From Trichosphaerium sp. ATCC 40318 (lineage: Eukaryota; Protista; Tubulinea), in contig JALMLS010000514.1 of the NCBI GenBank assembly GCA_038496445.1, forward strand, positions 198,982 to 262,981: a stretch of DNA of 64,000 bases, read 5' to 3'. The position numbers were made by a program, and so were the translations under genes. The notes beneath the pieces were generated by a model. The model made no database searches and had not been told where the DNA came from. It saw only the letters and a list, made by a program, of their open reading frames with translations. Shown piece by piece: positions 1 to 13,141 of this stretch (the stretch's first letter is position 1; each line of letters begins with the position of its first letter).

Positions 1-652
1 GTGAAAAAAAATCACGTGCCTTGTATTTCAACTATACTCTCTTGCGAATGCCTTAAAAATTATTCATGTTAGAGTAAATGTGGCAAGTTTCCTTTTTTTT
101 GGTTGTGCGAGCCTGTTTTTGGCGTTTTGATTTCGTAAATTAAGAAAAAAATAGCAAAGAATACTTCTACAGCACGCTCTATACTTACCTAGTACCAATC
201 CAAATATGACTGCTGGTGTCTTCTTCAAAGTCTTCACGTTGTCTCGGTTTGCCACCTATCCACTTGGAGGAGCCATTGACGAACGGAGGTAGCGAAGCCA
301 TTCAGTTGTGGCTTGAAAACATTAAAAAGACTATGTTTTGACTTGCGACTGTCTGTAAGAAATTCACCTTCTCTTATTTAGAATTAAATCCAAGTTTGTA
401 CTTGTGATGATGCAATAAACACGCAATACACCCACGTGAAATCAACTATCTCTCAAATACTTCACGCACAAGTGTATTTCACAGTAAAATCATAACAACG
501 CAATTATACTCAGCATTAGACGCTTCCGGACTAGTACATACGCGCTAAAAAGTTAGACGGATAGTAAGAGAAACGTGGGAGAGAGTAGGAGGAGTTTTTG
601 GTATTTTAAGCAAGGTTTTATTATTAAGAACTGGTTCTTTGTATCCACCAAT

Positions 653-1540
653 TTAGAATTTAAAGTCAGTAGCAGTATGAGCACCACCAATCTTCTTGAG
701 GTCACCGGTGACCTTCTCTTCATTCAAATCATCGAGATCACGGATTTCGAGACGGAGTGATGTACCAGCGGCGAGTCTAAGAGGAGAGATGTGAGCTTTT
801 TTACTTAAGGTATAAAAAAAAAAAACAAACACAAAACAATTCACACATGGCGTGGTGTGCTACCCCAGGATTTTTTTTTCCGTTTTGAAATAACACGTGA
901 TATCAAAAGGGGAGAGGGTGGATGATAAAATATTGTTGTTAAGTTATGTGCGTACTCAAATACAGCAGGGGTAGTAACGGAAGTTTTACCCTTTTGCAAA
1001 GGTGATACGTTTTCGCCAATAACAGTGACGAATACAAACTTGGAGCGAGCGCTACCTTCATCATCACCAGCAATAACCTGAAGGAAAAAAGAAAATTAGA
1101 AATTGTTAGTGAACATATTATTTAAAAATACATTCAATACGTAGAGAGGTTCCTCGTTACGCGGAGACCTCAAAACGACCAAAAAAAATTCTAGGACAGC
1201 AGGCGAGATTTTTTTGGTAAATCTCGAGTGCCCTAGCCTTAAAAAGCGGTCCTAACGTACGCGGAAGAATCCGAAGTTAACGTCAGTGTCGCAGCAAGCA
1301 GCCTTTAACCCAGCCATACCTTCAGCACCTCTTCCAACTTCCTATCACACCCAACTTAGTTTAACGACGTTTTTAAAGCGAGAAAAGGAGTGTTTCAATA
1401 GCTACAGCAAGTAGCGGGGGGAAGAGGCTACGTACTTCTAATGCTTTGCCAGCAACTTTGTAGAGACAGAAAGTAGTGTCGGTGGAGTCGTTACGAACAT
1501 CATCGTAACCGTCAGAAAAAGCAGATGGGTCGAAAGCCAT
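653..1540 (-). CDS. Coactosin-like ADF-H domain actin-binding protein (about 4 exons)
   Basis: Spliced translation MAFDPSAFSDGYDDVRNDSTDTTFCLYK...FGFFR|VIAGDDEGSARSKFVFVTVIGENVSPLQKGK...LEIRDLDDLNEEKVTGDLKKIGGA matches the coactosin/drebrin ADF-H pattern (YxDVRxD, SxRxKF, xKxGGA). Confidence 0.85.
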
Positions 1541-1962
1541 AATGTAAGAGTTGTTGTTTAGTTGTTTAGGTACAGCAAAAAGTGAGGAGAACACAAACCT
1601 GCACCATCTGTCACAGTGCACTATTGTGAACAACCCAATCAGAACGCTCTTAATTCATTTCCATTGCTCCTAACCGCGAAATTCCGACCTCTCGAGCGAT
1701 TTAAAGCGAGAAAAATTGATAGAATATCTCACATGTACCAAAAAATTCTAGTGATGCAAAGCTGCGCAGATAGCAATGGGTACCCTAACCGCGGAGTACG
1801 CGATATAGGACAAGACACAAAAAAAAAAGAAGCAAGAAAAGCAAGAGAGCGTTTTTATCTCGCTTCGCGTTTTTATTTTTGTTTTCTTGCAGTTTCCGGA
1901 ATGTCGTTTGCCTTGTAGCTTCTATATGAGTTAGCAGAGCTTATGTTTGTGTCGCTGTAGTG

Positions 1963-4900
1963 ATGGAGACGCATGGGGACGCTGTGCGAAAAATACCATC
2001 TCAAACGCCACGAGATGAGCTAGGATTCCGACTAACTCCTATATCACATCGTTTGTATTCGAAATATCGCCAAGAGGATGAAGTTTTTCGTTAGTGTTCG
2101 TTTTTTACAATTTGTCTGACACAAACGCAGGAACACGATGTACAGAGGAGTGGGATCGATTTATGAAGAATGGTACGTTACTGCCTTGCGATTTTGTGTT
2201 AAAGCGCTGAAAATACATCCAGGAGAGCCTAGGAAGCAATTAAAACAGTTAATAATGAAGTATGGAATTGCTGCAAAGTACAGAAAGAAGGTACTACTAC
2301 GTTATATGTTCTACACTACGCTACAAACGCTCAATTTAACGCTTCGCTACGAGTTTTACAAACATACGCACAAAAGTTAAACTTTAGAAAACTGACACAA
2401 CGGAGGTATATTCAAGACTGTGTCGCGTTACAGAACTAAGGGATCAATACGGCACGAATTACTTTGGCGAACTGCTTTCGCAAAAAGATCAAATGTCTAA
2501 GCGTACACGCATACAAATAGGTACGACTATTACTAACAAAACTACACCATCCTTTTTCAAACACTAACAGCGCGTACACAAATTGTTTACGCGTAGTAAA
2601 ATCTCACTAAAAAAATTCACAACAGTCTTCCGGCACTATAAAGCTATAAATAAGCGTCTATTTTTTTTGTCTCGAGTGCCAGGATTTTTTTCTAGTGTCG
2701 CTACGCGCGTAGTCACAAAAATAGAAAAATGTTTTTTTTTTTTTTTTATTTTTCGCTTCGCTGTCCTCTTATTGTAAGCGTAGAGAATGATTTGCATCGT
2801 ACTTTGCCAAGCAACAAATATTTTGCAGAAGGTGCCTTCCAAGCGAAGGACGATATGCGCAAAATACTAACTGCATACGCCTTACACAACACTAATGTAG
2901 ACTATGTTCAGGTGTGTATGTCAAATAAGACACTTGTGACGGTTTTTAGCGAAAATCTCAAAAAAACGAAAAAAAAAAAATAGTTTTGTGTAAACACAGT
3001 CAATTGTAACCGCATATTATTCCATTAGCTTAGAAATAGCGTGGTGAATATTAGGTTTTACGAATACCGCTAATTCAAAAAAGATTATGGCTTTTTTTTT
3101 TTTTTTACAATTTCATAACCAATGTCAATACCTCTTTATTATACGCTAACACCATCACTAGAGTATGAATTTCATATGTGGTTTTCTCATGTTAATAACG
3201 GAGCATGACGTAGAACTTACCTTTTGGTTGATGGTCGCTTTATTTGACCATATACTGCCGGACTATCACATTGGTAAACCAATACTGCTCGGATTATCGG
3301 TATGTTTTTTCTTTTATCAAAGTCTTCGCTTTCTTCACGTGGTTTTAACTTCCTTTCGCTGCAGGTAGACCAAAAAGTCCTAATTGATTTATTACATGAG
3401 TATATACCAATCGTACATAACCATAGCGCAGCTGTATCTTCGTTAAGAATCGTTTCAACGCCATGGTATGTTTTTTTTTAAATTTCATATTTTACCAAAA
3501 AACGAGAAATTTTGTACGTAGCACCTTGTTTACACTGTGTAGGTTTATGAACTTGTTTGTTGATGTATTTCCTGCTGAGGTATGCTTGTCTTTATTTGCC
3601 TTGCGCTTGACGTCTTGGCGCTTTGCCATTGCTTGCTTTCAAGTCTCATAAATTATTCTAGACAACTTTAATTGTATGGGATAATATGGTCGCTAATGGG
3701 TCTCATGTGCTTCTTCTCACATCTCTATCTATTTATACATTATTTCAGAGTACCTTACTAGACTATGAGGATATATGCGAGATCAGTATGGAACGTAAGT
3801 TAATTTTAAAATGATTGTTTTCTAACAACAGTTTTTTAGTGAAGCAAGCATGTAAATCGTTACACAATAAGCGAGAGCTTGTCTCTTTGCTAACATTGTT
3901 CAATAATAAAGTGTCTGAAGGCAAGATTGAGACTATGAGGATGAAATACCGCGAGAGAATTTGCAATGAAGCTCTAGATATGAAGCGTAATAATGCAGTA
4001 AGAGATTTGCAACAAACAACCAACTGTACGTTTAAATAGCTATGATGACTGGTCCGGAGTCATGTCTCTTTATGTGCGCCATTTCATACTCATTTACGCC
4101 CTTAGTTTCCCAAGCAGAGCTTCTGAGGTTGTATGAATTGTTCAGGCGTAATGCAACTGTAGAAGAAACTGAAGATGGAGATACACTAATTGTGGAGTTT
4201 AACACGTTTTCTGGTAAGTCACTTTAATCGAAATTATCACGTTTTTCTTTATATCTATCACGTGATATACGAATGAATCCTTGGTATTTATGTTAGTGAT
4301 TACTCATTGCCTTTATAGGAATAATTAAGGAAGTGCTGCCTAATTGGCAGCATCCTAATATAGATAAACATAAAGGCGAACAATTTGAAACATTACGTCA
4401 TATGTTTGATGCTTTTGATTTGAATAATGATAACAAGCTAACATTTGGTGAACTTATGATTGGTTTATCTATAATATATAAAGGCTCTTTGGAAGAGAAA
4501 TTACAGTGTGCGTCAGAATTGTGAAGAAAGTCCGAAGCTCGAACTTTTTTTTCTTTTTTTTCTTTGAATTTTTTCGGATGTTAATTTCTTTTCTTTTTTA
4601 AGTTTGCTTCCGTGTATATGATAGTAGCGGTGATGGTACTCTAAAGAGACAAGAACTTCGTGCTATGTTTTTAGCTATTTTTCAGTCTCTTTATAAAGTT
4701 GAGGACTCTGCTTTAGTTCATCGTATTGATGATTCAGTAAACCTTGCTTTTAGTCAACTAGACGAAGCTGGTAAGGGTTACCTATCATTTCAAGAGTTCA
4801 GGTATGTGTTATATCTTTATAATAGCTAGGATTGTTAAAGGTAGTTAACACGTGTTTTTTAGGAGTATTGTGCTCATAGAGCCTCTAATCTCTGAGTTTT

Positions 4901-5118
4901 TTTCAAAAGATAGAGTTAAGCACTCTTATGATATTGAGTCTGATGCTGGCTCTTCTGTATCAAGTGGTATGGTTTCAATTGACTTTAAGTCAGCTGGATC
5001 ATCACAACCACTACATCCTCTTGAGAGGCAGTTATCTGATTCGGCACCTTTGTTGCCTAGAAAAGCTTCATCTAAAAAATCATGTTGTTGCTGTAAATGT
5101 AAATGTACGTTATTGTAA
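1963..5118 (+). CDS. TBC-domain Rab GTPase-activating protein with C-terminal EF-hands and CaaX tail (multi-exon)
   Basis: TBC catalytic motifs ENDLHRT (2778-2800) and YVQ|SMNFICGFL; EF-hands FDAFDLNNDNKLTFGEL, YDSSGDGTLKRQEL and LDEAGKGYLSFQEF; ends CCCCKCKCTLL*. The start codon is approximate. Confidence 0.85.
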
Positions 5119-5363
5119 AGTTGTTTTAGTTATTGTTTAATCGTTGTTTAATTAACTGAGAAACCATATAAAACAATCTACTGGTTGAATAGGGTCTCTA
5201 TAATTATATAAAGTAGACCTTGTGAGTTGCGTGCACTGTTAAGTGAACTGTGATGTTTTTTTGCGAATTGATTCTGTGATTTATCGAAGTTATCGGGTAT
5301 TCATTAACTTTGGGTCACGCATATTAGACACGATATCCATAACACTATAAAACAATATTACGC

Positions 5364-6849
5364 ATGATTAAAGCAGAAATAGCATCTTTTAGTGCCAAAC
5401 TTGAGCATGAGTGCAGACATATTCTCAAAGTCGCCAAAACGGAAGCAAAGCGTATTGTTAATGATGCTAAAACGGAAGCCCAGTGTATTATAGCTGACGC
5501 TAAAGACCATGCTGTTGAAATCATAGCTGAAGCTCAAATTGAGGCTGAAAACCTTCGTGATACGCTGAACGACGCTCGTATTGATATGTTAGAACAAGTA
5601 CATGGCGCTAAAAGCAAAGAATCGGAATTACAAATCTCAATCATCGATACAGCACTTAAAGACTTTGATTTCTATGGTACGTGCTCTAAAAACGTTTGAT
5701 CTTGTGCTTTATACAATAATGCTGACGTTTTACAAAGCTACAAATGCAATAACACCTCCACTTCTTCAATTACCTCCAGAACTTCAACAAAAGATTGCTG
5801 CTTACGATAAAGATGTTTTCACAAAGTATCATACCCTTTCAAGAACAGCAGCTACAGTGACTCACTATGATTCTAAATTAAGACGTCATGGCACGTGGTA
5901 CAAGTGGTACAACAAGAATGGTAAAATATGTTTCAAAGCAGTATTCAAGCAAGGTCATAAACACGGCAAAGCATGTCGATGGCACCCCAATGGACAGTTG
6001 CATCATACATGTGTATATGTTAATGGTACAAAAGATGGTCTTTATGAATCTTGGTTTCCAAATGGTGTGAAAGAGATGGAGATTGAGTTCAAGAAGGGAA
6101 AACGAAATGGGCTAGCAAAAAAAAATCACACAAACGGAACCTTGAGAACGAAACTTACCTACGCTGATGGCCTGAAGCATGGAAAAGCGACTTACTGGTA
6201 TGATAACGGAAAAAAGCAGTGCAAGGTGTTTTATAAAGATGGTAAACAAGAAGGACCTAACATTTGGTGGCACAAGAATGGTAAAACTAAAATACAAAAC
6301 TATCACAAGGAAGGCATTAAAACAGGACTACATACAGAGTGGTATGATAATGGTCAACTTAAGACAAACTGTTGTTATGTTAAAGGTAGACAAGAGAAGA
6401 GGTTCACTGAGTTCTATAAGAACGGACAGATTGCCATCGAGACTCACAAAACAGATGATAAAACTGATGGAGAGTACAAAAAGTGGTATAATTCTGGTCA
6501 ATTACATATTCACTGTCAATACGTCGATGATAAGAGGGAAGGTAGGTTCCAGGAATGGTATCAAAGTGGACAAATCTACCAAGAGGGTACTATGAAGGAT
6601 GATCACTTTGAAGGGTTTACAAGGTTTTGGTATCCGAATGGAAGAGTAAAGTTAGAAGCAGTACAGAAGGATAATAAGTTTGATGGTGTTAAAAGACTGT
6701 GGTATGACAATGGCCAAATAAAAGAGCACTCAAATTATAAACAGGGTGTAGTTGATGGAGAATTCAAAAAGTGGAGTGATGATGGTACATTGATAGAGCA
6801 TTATATCGCAAAAGAAGGAAAGGTAAAAAAAACCATTGTAAAAAAGTAA
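5364..6849 (+). CDS. Coiled-coil + F-box-like + MORN_2 (YwqK-like) repeat protein, copy A; intron 5677-5737
   Basis: ORFs 5364-5699 and 5602-6849 join in frame through a GTACGT...GCTGAC...AAG intron (DFY|ATNAITPP). N-terminal AxxEAxxI hendecads, then LLQLPPELQQKI, then about 13 repeats of about 24 aa (WYxNGQ...YxxGxxxG). Confidence 0.8.
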
Positions 6850-7020
6850 AATAAAAACTTCGCTTATTTGTTTCATGTGATCATCTGTTTCATTCACAGA
6901 TTCGGTAAGGATTCACTATCCCTTGAACGAAAAAGCGCATCTTTGAATATCAGAAAACAGCTTTTGGCAGACAGCTGTTCCTGCCATAAGTAAATAAAAC
7001 AAAAATACAACGCTCCTCGT

Positions 7021-8301
7021 ATGTTCAAAGCAGAAATAGCGTCCTTGAGTGCCAAACTTGAGTATGAGTGCAGACATATTCTCAAAGTCGCCAAAACGGA
7101 AGCTCAGTGCATTATTGATGACGCTAAAGACCGTGCTATTGAAATCATAGCTGAAGCGCAAGTTGAAGCTGAAAACCTTCGTGATACGCTGAAAGGCGCT
7201 CGTATTGATATGTTAGAGCAATTACATGGCGCTAAAAGCGAAGAATCGGAATTACAAATCTCAATCATCGATACAGCACTTAAAGACTTTGATTTCTATG
7301 GTATGTGCGCTTAAAAACGTTTGATCTTGTGCTTTATACAATAATGCTGACGCTTTACAAAAGCTACAAATGCAATAACACCTCCACTTCTTCAATTACC
7401 TCCAGAACTTCAACAAAAGATTGCTGCTTACGATAAAGATGTTTTCACAAAGTATCATACCCTTTCAAGAACAGCAGCTACAATGACTCACTATGATTCT
7501 AAATTAAGACGTCATGGCACGTGGTACAAGTGGTACAACAAGAACGGTAAAATATGCATCAAACAACACCTCAATAGTGGTATTAAACACGGCAAATCAT
7601 CTCAATGGTACTCTGATGGACAGTTGCATCATACATGTGTATTTGTTAATGGTGTAAAGGATGGCCGCTATGAATCTTGGTTTCCGAGTGGTGTGAAAGA
7701 GATGGAGATTGAGTTCAAAAAGGGAAAACGAACTGGGTTAACAGAGTGGCATAAAAATGGTAAGATGAGACAACAAAGTGAGTATAAAGATGGTAAGAAG
7801 GCTGGGTTACATACAAGGTGGTTTAATAATGGACAAATAAATATAAACTGTAGCTTTTATAATGGTAAGAAAAAGGATCGTTTCAGAGAGTACTATAAGA
7901 ACGGACAGGTTGCAATTGAGACTTGTAAAAAAGATGATAAAACAGATGGAGAGTACAAAAAGTGGTATAATTCTGGTCAATTACATATTCACTGCCATTA
8001 CATCAATAATAAGCGAGAAGGTCCTTTCAAACAATGGTATCAAAGTGGACAAATCTACCAAGAGGGTACTATGAAGGAGGATCACTTTGAAGGGTTTACA
8101 AGGTTTTGGTATCCGAATGGAAGAGTTAAAAAAGAAGTAGTGCAACATGATAACAAGTTAGATGGTGTTAAAAGACTGTGGTATGACAATGGCCAAATAA
8201 AAGAGCACTCAAATTATAAACAGGGTGTAGTTGATGGAGAATTCAAAAAGTGGAGTGATGATGGTACATTGATAGAGCATTATATTGCAAAGGAACAGTA
8301 A
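7021..8301 (+). CDS. Coiled-coil + F-box-like + MORN_2 repeat protein, tandem copy B; intron 7301-7363
   Basis: Near-identical to copy A at both ends with the same intron position. It has one fewer hendecad, about 2 fewer MORN repeats and a shortened C-terminus. Confidence 0.8.
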
Positions 8302-8762
8302 CAAAACCATTGTAAAAAACTACAGACCATTACTTAAGTTGCCAACCTTACTTAGTCTCCGTCCGTAAAACCTAGTTTGTACAGCCATAAAAAACAGGAA
8401 CCAAGAATGTTATGTAAAACATAGGAGAAGCCACAATTTACTCTCAAATTATCTGAGAATAAAAATAGGTTATTCTTTTTGCCATTTCTTATGAATCCCA
8501 ATAGATTTCTATTGTCAGTGTTTACTTGCCGTAGTACAACAATGAAAAGTCTAAGAATAGAACACAATTATAAAGGTCAACATTGTGGTTACATTACTAA
8601 CAAACGTACTACAGACACCGCTATTTTACGACAATACAAAAGTTCTTCTTGTGTTTTTTTTTCTTTGAACTTTCTCAAAATGAGTCATATACTCGTGGAA
8701 TAGAAATATGTTGACCTGCTGTAGAAATAACAAAGGGTTTATTTTTACCGTTAACGGTAAAC

Positions 8763-9500
8763 ATGGAGTCATATCTTCCGCCTGAAATTGTATATAAACT
8801 ATTCCTACTCCGCACAGGACCGAAATCGCTGCTTAACTGGAGGTCCGTGCTAAAATACGTCGTTTGTAAGCTTACATAGCAAAGAGCGGTATGTAGGCAG
8901 TGGCGTGATGTTGGAGGAGACATATTAGAGATGTTAACAGTACCAGGGTTAAGTTCAAGCCAGACAGAAGTCGAAATCGCCATACCTAAACTTATTGAAT
9001 CCTTTCCTAACTTAAAGACGATGTTGTTCAGTAGGATGAGCCTTTTTTCGTCGCCTTATAGTTTTATACTAACAGTAGATATAAGGTGATACCAGAGAAG
9101 AGTTAATAGCTCTTCTTTGTGAATGCATTAAGTCAAAATCAAGAAAACTAGAAAAATAACACTTCACGACCATACATTGTCTCACACGTGCTGGAAGAGA
9201 ATCTTTGAATCAAATATTGATAATTTATACTTCACAATGGCTCTTAATACTAATGCAGTACGTAACTCAACCAGTCTTTTATCCATAGTTTGTCTAACTT
9301 TTTTTCTTCGAATTTTAGAACTTAGAGCATGAAAATGTTGTACAGAACTATTATCGTGTTCTCTTAGGAGACCTTGAATGGGCAATTTTTACATATACAG
9401 TTGATAGTAGCACTTATTACCCACGACTAGAGTTGATGGCTGCAGAAACATGCTCTTCAGATTCAGAAAATCTTGATGTTTTAAAAACTGTATTGCCAGA
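8763..9500 (+). pseudogene. Degenerate F-box(/LRR) gene
   Basis: MESYLPPEIVYKLFL...AVCRQWRDV...LIESFPNLKTM is F-box-like. Downstream frames are interrupted by stops and no clean model can be built. Confidence 0.45.
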
Positions 9501-10063
9501 GGTGTGAACTTTATGTTCTTCTTTCCAAAGGTATTAAACCGTCTCTTATCTGCTTTTGTTAGAATGAGGGTAAAAAAGTGGTGCTCTTGAGATCAAGTAC
9601 AATACAAGTGTCCACTGGGCTTTATGGCTGTTGTGTTATTCATTGGTACAATGATAATAGTTGTCATACACCACGTGTTTTGTGGCATTAACAAAACAGG
9701 TTTTAAGTTATGTGTAGGAATGCAAGCAGAATATCAGATAGAATAATGAGCTCTCTTTTCAAAGCTATTGAACATCGACATAAAGACAAATACCACTGGC
9801 TCTTGACGAAATCCTCGATATTTGAGCGCAGACAAGACAAATTTTTGGGAAAGTACAATCCAAATGCTTTTAAAGTTAAGAGATGTTCCCAAAAAAACCA
9901 CTCTTCAGATTCTAATGTGTAACCTTGAAAGTTAATTAAATAAAGCGTCAGGGTTTTCGCTTGGTTATAACCAAAAGTTTGATTTGGATCAAGACATTTT
10001 TTATTGAACTTTTTAGAGACATGTTGATCTTTATTAGTATGTCTTTTTTTTTATCGTATCTCT

Positions 10064-12678
10064 TCAAGTATGAACTGTTGGTTGTCCTTTTTGTAAATAA
10101 ATCAGTATTGGTTTTAAAATGAGAGTATTGTTAATACCTGCTACATCAAGAGTAAAGCCATATCCTTGAATTTTTCCAATCTTTTTAGAGATTACTGCAT
10201 TTCTGAAGTCTTGTGCTACAAAATCCGGCATTATGAACATTATTTCAGTTCCTGATGCTTCTAATCTAGTTGGAATTGTATTGTACCAGTCTTTCACTTC
10301 AACTATGCGCCAAGCTAACATCAAGTCAATAAAGCAAATATCAAAAAAAACAGTATTGTTTTTTTGATTCAAAACAACTGTTAAAAGCAACGCACATGGA
10401 GCTCCTGATATGCTTGATACTTGCTCCACTAGTGCCTTTTGAATTCGTTCTTTATTATTACCAAGTATTGAAGTAAAATAAACACGGGCATGTGCATGAA
10501 CTAAACGAGTTAAAAAAAACACTGCACAAAAAAACAAGAAACAAAAAAGGCTCAGGCACACATAATGACTTACCAACACCAACTAATTTAGGGTTCGGAT
10601 TCATGAGATCTAAAATAATACCATGTTAATTATAGTCTAAGTGAACCGAGGAACAAAAGGGAAATGCAGCTTTACCTTGAGAGTAACAGTGAGCGTTGTC
10701 TTGGCCATCAAAACTTTCATCATATCCGAAATGATCATAAGTTCCGTTAACGACACCAACTAATCGATTAACCATATCAGTTAGCCAATAAAGCTTATAA
10801 GGAGGTTCTCCAATATTATCAGGGATTGAAAAACTTGAATGTGGTACACCACATAAGTTGCTTAGAAGAGAAGCATTGCAGTTATCTTTTATTCGGAAAG
10901 TACACAAGTGCACCTGACATCAGAGATTAGCAAAGTCAAGCATTGGTGTTACAACGAACACGCTACAACCTAAATACATACCGAGTTACCAGTTCTGTTT
11001 AGTGTTCTACCAGCTTCCCAGACGAGAGAGTTTCTAGTGAGACCATCTCGTTCAACCTACAAAAACAGAATCAGAAGAAACAAAGAAACCAAATTCATAT
11101 GTACGTACAGTTATGAAATCTGTCTTTACAGATTTGGTTTCTCTTACTTGAGCCAATGCAGCGTCACCAGTAGTGTGAACAGCGCCTAAATCACCAACCA
11201 AGAAACTACACCAAGACGTAAACCAAAAATGTAAATTAAGCGGTTGTTCAGCTCACCTGCAATATCCTCCTCTTCCATATTTGTCCCTTGCTGAGTTGCA
11301 CGAGTCTCCCCAAGAAGCAACATATTTTAGTAGTTGGTCAACCTAAGTTCTAACATTGGTATATTTGCTCTAAAAATAGATGACGTACAGCTACTTTATC
11401 AATCCAAGGAAAAGTATCTCGTTCTTGGATCATCTGAGAGAAAAGAGAACGGAACATGACTTGGAGCTCTGCGTATCCACCTCTATTCATTTATGTTAAA
11501 ACAATATCTTTCTCTTTAACTAATATCACGTGCCTAAGTGTGGCATGACCTGTACCATCCAAGTAGTTTATAAGGATGTTTTCAATCGTTTTGAGGGCAG
11601 GACCAAGTACACCCGAAATGATTTTACCACCAACACCTGAATTAATTATTGTCTTTACAAATCCTTCGACGCATTCAACCGTAGTTGTATCATTCACATT
11701 GCAAGAATGGAGATACTTATCCAGTGGACCAACAGATACACCCAAGAAAGGAGAAAAAAGCATTTGGCGATCATACAAAGAAGGCATCTGTAAACAAGGT
11801 AAACTTAAATCACTTGAAGCGATGAACGAAACGTACTCTTCCTGTAGCTACAAGCGCTAACCCGCTTCCAAGACTTAATCCAAGAGCTGTTACAGGTACA
11901 TTTGGGTTTGGTAGCATACTACGTTCCTACAGAACGTTATGAGCAAATATGGAAAAAGAGCACGTGATTTTGATAAAAAACCCAAGTATCACGTGATAAA
12001 AGTCGGCACTCACTTGCGCTACTATCTTATTTATTTGGTCCACGTATGCTACATAACCGTTTCCGTCTGTTGGAAGCACTATGAAAGGTGTAAAGACATA
12101 ATTCTCCGCTTTTGAACTTGCGTACGCTCTACAGGATCGCCGTTGGCGCACTCATCTTTAGACACGCAGTCGTTCCTTGTACGTCCGTGACCGAGTACTA
12201 CAGGTACCAGTACCATGTAACCCGCCTTTTGAAGCGCTGTTGACGCGACATCTTGAGCGTCAGGACATGCTAATAGTGTTTAGAAACGTTTAACTTTACT
12301 GGGTTTTCAGTTCGTACCAGTATAGCCATGAAACATCACTACGATACCCTACATAGTTGTCAACTGGTTATACCATTCCGTATGGTTTGTTGTACCTTTG
12401 GAGTAGAAGATGGCATCCATCTTTGAGAAAAACACTTTGTTTGGTGACGCGAGATTAACGGGCAAGCGTATTTGAGATATAAACTGAAAAGGTCCGTTAC
12501 GATGTTTATCAAAAAAAACCGAACCTGTATTGTGATATTGGCGTATTAGTACATGCTGACTTTAGATCCTCTGGTTGACATAGAGATAGCGATACGAACG
12601 CTAGTAACGCGAAAATACTATCACGTGTTAGCTTGAATAGGTTAACAGGTATTGGTTGTACCACGTTGTGACCTTCAT
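10064..12678 (-). CDS. Secreted alpha/beta-hydrolase (carboxylesterase/lipase-like) with C-terminal extra domain, many exons
   Basis: Signal peptide MKVTTCIFALLAFVSLSLC; GIVVMFHGYTACPD...LQKAGYMVLVPVVLGHG; nucleophile elbow GLSLG (about 11868-11882); candidate Asp (VERDG) and His (GVPHS). ORF 10064-10582 splices in as the 3' part. One early exon junction is unresolved. Confidence 0.75.
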
Positions 12679-13141
12679 TTTCGAGTTAGAAATCAAGAAA
12701 AAAACGCGGCATGCTTGCTTAACAGGGAAAAAGTTGTACCGGTACAACAATCTTGTGGTAACTCAAGTAGTACCGTAAGATATAGAGTGCTTACTAAACG
12801 AAAGCGGTGTAGGTTAACTATGGAACTGAAAACCAACTCCGTTTGCCAATTCTCCTTTGACGTGTCAACAAAACTCCAGAACTATGGGTGTTCATTGCTG
12901 ACGATATGGTTATATCCCTTGAAAACTTAACACTACAGACTCAACTGATTTTTAACTATTAACGTAATATAAAACACAGTCTTGCTGTGTGTACGAATAA
13001 ACAGTTGTCTTGATTAAAAGCAGTTTAAACCGGTGTATAGACAGAGCAGCTTTGAGGAAAGGAATGCTATCAATCAGGGCGAATTTCAAACATTCATTGA
13101 CTTTTCAACCAGTGTCTATTTGTTTTACTCACCCAACAACG

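Noticed and set aside
190-341. Possible terminal exon of an upstream + strand gene (...LWLENIKKTMF*)
   Set aside because: Too short and without a recognisable motif to support a call.
5364-6849. Bacterial-style two-gene operon (DivIVA/ATP synthase b-like ORF plus YwqK antitoxin)
   Set aside because: A conserved spliceosomal intron joins the two ORFs in both copies, and no toxin partner is visible.
9550-9922. Possible transposase remnant
   Set aside because: Only short interrupted frames and no recognisable catalytic motif.
10064-10582. Apparent PD-(D/E)xK nuclease motif (FDICFID...IVEVK) in a stand-alone ORF
   Set aside because: The Asp-containing stretch lies in a predicted GTGCGT...TTAG intron, and the ORF splices in frame onto the upstream hydrolase gene.
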